From Oligoflexia bacterium (GTDB lineage Bacteria > Bdellovibrionota > UBA1018), in NCBI GenBank assembly GCA_046317855.1, contig JBKCVM010000147.1:3956-67955 (forward strand): a stretch of 64,000 nt of DNA, in the 5' to 3' direction. Below, piece after piece: positions 60,348 to 64,000 of the stretch. A program made the position numbers and the translations under genes. Numbering within the stretch: the first letter of the stretch is position 1; every line of letters starts with the position of its first letter. The notes below the pieces were generated by a model, which worked only from the letters and a program-made list of their open reading frames with translations, was not told the origin of the DNA and did no database searches.

Positions 60348-60947
60348 ATGTTCTTGGTTGGAATCGCCGGAGGCTCCGGCTCGGGTAAGACGACTTTTGC
60401 TAATAAGATCCTTCAGCGGGTCACTGACCCCGGCGTGGCACTGCTACATCAGGACAGCTATTATCTCCCTTCTCTGCCCGAGGGTGCAAACTTTGACCAC
60501 CCTGACGCATTTGACTGGCCGCTCCTGAGGAACCATCTCGAAGCCCTCAAGCAGGGCTTAACAGTCCAAGTGCCTGTTTACGATTATCGTACCAACCGGA
60601 GAACGTTACAAACTCAGCCGGTCGGTCCAAGCAAGGTGATTGTACTCGAGGGCATCTTCACTTTGTGGGATCCGCCGCTCAGGAGTCTTTTTGATCTTAA
60701 AATTTATCTACACGTCGAAGCAGACATCCGGTTTATCCGTCGACTTCACCGGGACGTACGAGAACGAGGAAGAAGTCTCGATGGGATTATTCGACAGTAC
60801 TACGATACGGTCCGGCCGATGCATCATGAGTACTTGGAGCCCACGCGGCAGTATGCCGACATTTCAGTGGGTGAAGAAACAGACGTTGCGGCTGAAGTGA
60901 TTGCGGCCCGGATCCTCTCTGCAACTAGCGGAGCACCTGTTGAATGA
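60348..60947 (+). CDS. udk: Uridine kinase
   Basis: Walker A GIAGGSGSGKTT; uridine-kinase layout; 199 aa. Confidence 0.85.
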   Translation: MFLVGIAGGSGSGKTTFANKILQRVTDPGVALLHQDSYYLPSLPEGANFDHPDAFDWPLLRNHLEALKQGLTVQVPVYDYRTNRRTLQTQPVGPSKVIVLEGIFTLWDPPLRSLFDLKIYLHVEADIRFIRRLHRDVRERGRSLDGIIRQYYDTVRPMHHEYLEPTRQYADISVGEETDVAAEVIAARILSATSGAPVE

Positions 60948-62614
60948 CCGATTCAGCCTTAAAAGTTCTGCCCTTGGGGGGCCTGGGTGAAATTGGTATG
61001 AACTGCATGGTCCTCGAGTTTAACGACGAAATCATCGTCGTGGACTGCGGGCTGCTCTTTTCTGATTTGGACCATTTTGGCGTGGAATTTGTCATTCCAG
61101 ATTTCACTTATTTGGTCGAGCGCCGAGACAAGGTTAGGGCCATCGTCCTCACTCATGGCCACGAGGACCACATTGGAGCGTTGCCTTTCTTGCTCAAGGC
61201 AGGAGTACGCGCTCCAGTTTTTGCCTCAAATTTTACTTCTCTCATGGTCAGGCACAGATTGCGTGAGCACGGGCTTGAGGACTCCACAGACCTTCGTATT
61301 CTCAAAATGCGTGAGCGTGTAGAGCTGGGAAGGTTTGCAATCACCGCTGAATCCGTCAACCACAGTATTGTCGATGCAGCCGCAATTTTTATTGAGACTC
61401 CGCTTGGAAAAGTGGTGCACACCGGCGACTTTAAAATTGATCCGACACCTTTTTATGGCTCAATGCTGGATCTGGGCGCGTTTGGAAAAATTGGAGACGA
61501 AGGGGTTCTTTTGCTCCTCTCTGACTCAACGAACATCGAGCGCTGTGATCCCAGTCTGAGTGAGTCGCGGATTTACGAGCGTTTTGAGGAACTTTTTTCT
61601 AGAGCTCAAGGGTTAACCATCGTGGCCATGTTTGCTTCGAATGTGGCAAGGATGGGCCAGATTTTGCAGATTGCGGAGAAACAGGGCAAGCGTGTGGTTC
61701 TCTCGGGCCGCAGCATGGAGGGCAACGCAAACCTCGCCGTTGAGGCAGGTTATCTCAAAAATGCGGCAAAAGTATTGATCTCGCTCGATCAGATCGATGA
61801 ATTTGATCGGAGCCAAGTGGTCGTGATTTCGAGCGGATCACAGGCTGAGCACGGCGCCGCTCTTCAGCGCATGGCACATGGCGAGCACCGTCAGCTCAAG
61901 ATCACCCCGGGAGATACGGTTCTTTTGAGTTCTCGGTATATCCCCGGAAATGAAAAGGCCATTGGCCGTATGATCAACGAACTATTTAAGCAGGGTGCTG
62001 AGGTTCTTTACGAGACGGTTCACGACATCCACACTTCAGGGCATGCAACTCGACCCGAACTTAAAAAGATGATTGAGACCGTCAGACCTCGGTTCTTTGT
62101 TCCGATCCACGGTGAGTACAGGCACCTGGTGCATCATGCCCGCCTAGCAAGAGAGTGTGGGCTGCGCGAGGACCAGGTCCTAGTAGCAAGCAACGGAGAC
62201 GTCATTGAAATCACTCCAGACCAGATCGAAGTAGTCGAGAAACTGGAGGAACCACGGGTTCTCATAGAGGGTCGTGAGGGTAATGACGTTTCTAAATTAG
62301 TGCTCAAGGATCGAAGACAGCTCGGTGAAAAGGGTGTGGTCTTTGCGCTTCTGGTGCGCAACGCAGAGAGTAGGCGCATTCTGACAGCCCCTGAGATCAT
62401 GACCAAGGGGCTAGCCAGTGAGCAGGTCGAGCAGTGGCTCGTTGAAGAGGCAAAAAACCTCGTCAAAAGGCTGGTCAGGGAGTACGAGCTCCAAGTTTCA
62501 ACTCAGGGAATAGAGTCCGATCTCCAAGAGAACATCCGTATTGAGCTCAGGAGATTTTTTCTATCCAATTTGGGCAAGAAGCCCACTGTGATGCCAATTA
62601 TTTTGGATCTTTAG
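60944..62614 (+). CDS. rnj: Ribonuclease J (metallo-beta-lactamase / beta-CASP)
   Basis: HGHEDHIGALP motif; 556 aa; beta-CASP and C-terminal domain. Confidence 0.85.
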   Translation: MTDSALKVLPLGGLGEIGMNCMVLEFNDEIIVVDCGLLFSDLDHFGVEFVIPDFTYLVERRDKVRAIVLTHGHEDHIGALPFLLKAGVRAPVFASNFTSLMVRHRLREHGLEDSTDLRILKMRERVELGRFAITAESVNHSIVDAAAIFIETPLGKVVHTGDFKIDPTPFYGSMLDLGAFGKIGDEGVLLLLSDSTNIERCDPSLSESRIYERFEELFSRAQGLTIVAMFASNVARMGQILQIAEKQGKRVVLSGRSMEGNANLAVEAGYLKNAAKVLISLDQIDEFDRSQVVVISSGSQAEHGAALQRMAHGEHRQLKITPGDTVLLSSRYIPGNEKAIGRMINELFKQGAEVLYETVHDIHTSGHATRPELKKMIETVRPRFFVPIHGEYRHLVHHARLARECGLREDQVLVASNGDVIEITPDQIEVVEKLEEPRVLIEGREGNDVSKLVLKDRRQLGEKGVVFALLVRNAESRRILTAPEIMTKGLASEQVEQWLVEEAKNLVKRLVREYELQVSTQGIESDLQENIRIELRRFFLSNLGKKPTVMPIILDL

Positions 62615-62644
62615 TTCAGGCTTTTGGAAAAAGAAGGAAGTCCC

Positions 62645-63181
62645 ATGGCGCGTCATCTTTGGCACGATCTCTCTCCCGGAAAAAAGGTCCCACACGAAGT
62701 GTGCGCGGTAGTAGAAATCCCGCAAGGCTCGCGATCTAAGTTTGAAGTGGATAAAGAGTCTGGCCTCATTAAGCTTGATCGACTGCTCTATGGGTCGATG
62801 CACTATCCAGTTAATTACGGGATTATTCCTCAGACTTTGGGTGAAGACGGAGATCCCCTCGACATTTTGGTGATGACTCAGGCCCAGCTCTTTCCGGGTT
62901 GTTTGATTGAGGCGCGGGTGATCGGGGTCATGCACATGCTGGATCAGGGCCAAGTAGATGACAAGATCATCGCCGTGGCCAGTAGGGATGTGACCCTCTC
63001 ACACATTCAAAAGATCGACGACCTTCCGCCCAGCTACCGAGTAGAGCTCGACCATTTTTTTGAGCACTACTCAGAGCTTGAGGGCAAGAAGGTCACGATC
63101 TCTGGCTTCGAAGATCAAGAAGCAGCGGAACAAATCATTCTTCAGGCGTTGAGAGCCTACGTTGAACGTAGACCTCAGTAA
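62645..63181 (+). CDS. ppa: Inorganic pyrophosphatase (family I)
   Basis: 178 aa; DGDPLDILV and conserved Asp cluster; RBS AAGGAAG 8 nt upstream of the ATG. Confidence 0.9.
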   Translation: MARHLWHDLSPGKKVPHEVCAVVEIPQGSRSKFEVDKESGLIKLDRLLYGSMHYPVNYGIIPQTLGEDGDPLDILVMTQAQLFPGCLIEARVIGVMHMLDQGQVDDKIIAVASRDVTLSHIQKIDDLPPSYRVELDHFFEHYSELEGKKVTISGFEDQEAAEQIILQALRAYVERRPQ

Positions 63182-63190
63182 CGTTGAGTT

Positions 63191-64000
63191 CTAGTTTTTT
63201 GACCAGTACTTGGAAGTCTCTGCCTGAGGCTGGATATAGTTCTTTAAAAAACCGGTCGGAGCTGAGGAGAGGGCTCGATACGGATCATTAGCTAAGTCCA
63301 GCAGATACAGCATTGGCTTGAGATTGTCGTTGAATGCTTTGTCGACCATCTTGGGACCTGGATAAAATCCTCCGGCACCGAGAGAATTGGCAGGCGAAAG
63401 TTCAAAAGTGAACGAGAAGATCCCCAGCTGTCCGTAGGACCAGTCCGTGGTGTCGCCGCTGGCAATGTAAAGGTCGCTGGACTGTTGCGGAGTGTATTTG
63501 TTCCAGCTGGCCATGGTTCGGGCCATCTTCTCGTAGACTTTTAGGTCTTCTTGTTTGGGGATCGAGTCATGAGTGTGACCCCAGGGATACAAAATCAGCT
63601 CACTGAAGGTGTGAAAAGAGAGCAGGATCTTGGCGTTGGTTCGCGCCTCGACAAAAGTCTTGAAGAGCTGCGTTTCGGGTTCCGAAAAGGGTTGGGTCCC
63701 CATGTACACGTCGCTTGAAGTGTTGGTTGATGAACCACCCGTTCCCCATTGAAAGCCGTAGTTTCTATTGAGGTCTACTCCAAAGGTTCCGTCTCCGTTG
63801 TTGCGCCGATTCTTGCGCCAGTACTGGTAACGGCCAGTTGCGATATCAAACTCAACACCATCTGGGTTGAGCATGGGTACGATCCAGATGTCTCGAGTGT
63901 CGAGAAGAGTCGCAATCTCAGGTTGGTTTCTGTTCTGGAGCAGATATTGAGCAAACATGAGGGGAACCTCAGCGCTCAGGTGCTCGCGGGCATGATGGTT
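63191..64000 (-). CDS. M14 zinc carboxypeptidase, 5'-partial (N-terminus beyond window end)
   Basis: The reverse-strand frame stays open to position 64000. HAREH zinc-binding motif is encoded at 63971-63985. The rest shows M14 family layout. Confidence 0.65.
   Translation of the reverse strand, partial: NHHAREHLSAEVPLMFAQYLLQNRNQPEIATLLDTRDIWIVPMLNPDGVEFDIATGRYQYWRKNRRNNGDGTFGVDLNRNYGFQWGTGGSSTNTSSDVYMGTQPFSEPETQLFKTFVEARTNAKILLSFHTFSELILYPWGHTHDSIPKQEDLKVYEKMARTMASWNKYTPQQSSDLYIASGDTTDWSYGQLGIFSFTFELSPANSLGAGGFYPGPKMVDKAFNDNLKPMLYLLDLANDPYRALSSAPTGFLKNYIQPQAETSKYWSKN

Overview
This is a 64-kb, roughly 57% GC, gene-dense chromosomal segment of bacterial type with genes on both strands. No rRNA, CRISPR array, integrase or transposase is visible. 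The gene content (AgmX/PglI-type TonB-like protein, TolQ/ExbD motor genes, many TPR proteins, type-IV-pilin-like proteins, many secreted hydrolases) fits a Bdellovibrio-like or Myxococcota-like predatory or gliding organism, but this cannot be confirmed from sequence alone.

Features in order along the window:
- a 5'-partial TPR protein
- serS followed directly by tRNA-Ser(UGA)
- a TauE/SafE exporter and a YceI protein
- a second tRNA-Ser(GCU)
- a coiled-coil protein translationally coupled to a Cho-like GIY-YIG excinuclease
- a GltP-type symporter and an ABC-F ATPase
- an ECF sigma/anti-sigma pair divergent from a secreted Cys-rich mini-protein
- a PNP-family phosphorylase and an RluA pseudouridine synthase
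- three tandem large Cys-rich prepilin-like proteins
- oxyR divergent from ahpC-ahpF
- a small toxin-antitoxin-like pair
- a DEAD-box helicase and an outer-membrane protein
- tRNA-Pro(CGG), followed by a block of secreted hypothetical proteins
- a PilZ protein and outer-membrane barrel divergent from an eight-gene TolQ-ExbD-ExbD-TPR-TPR-small-FHA/AgmX operon (gliding-type Agl/Glt-like machinery)
- a secretome-rich block (two EEP hydrolases, a CUB-like protein, a diheme cytochrome c, lipoproteins)
- a pilin-like gene followed by a complete urate-to-ureidoglycolate cluster (puuD, allB, alc, uraD, uraH) ending in an uncharacterised 452-aa enzyme
- a creatininase/amidohydrolase pair, a receiver domain, an RfaE-domain-II protein, an RDD protein, rsmE, a peptide-type substrate-binding protein, a lytic transglycosylase, udk, RNase J, ppa, and a partial M14 carboxypeptidase.

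The most interesting candidates are the gliding-type motor/Glt operon with its PilZ neighbour, the tandem Cys-rich pilin-like trio, the palindromic back-to-back ECF-type promoters driving the sigma factor and a metallothionein-like secreted peptide, the HHP..PHxH/winged-HTH two-gene module, and the purine-ureide cluster with an orphan TIM-barrel-like terminal enzyme.
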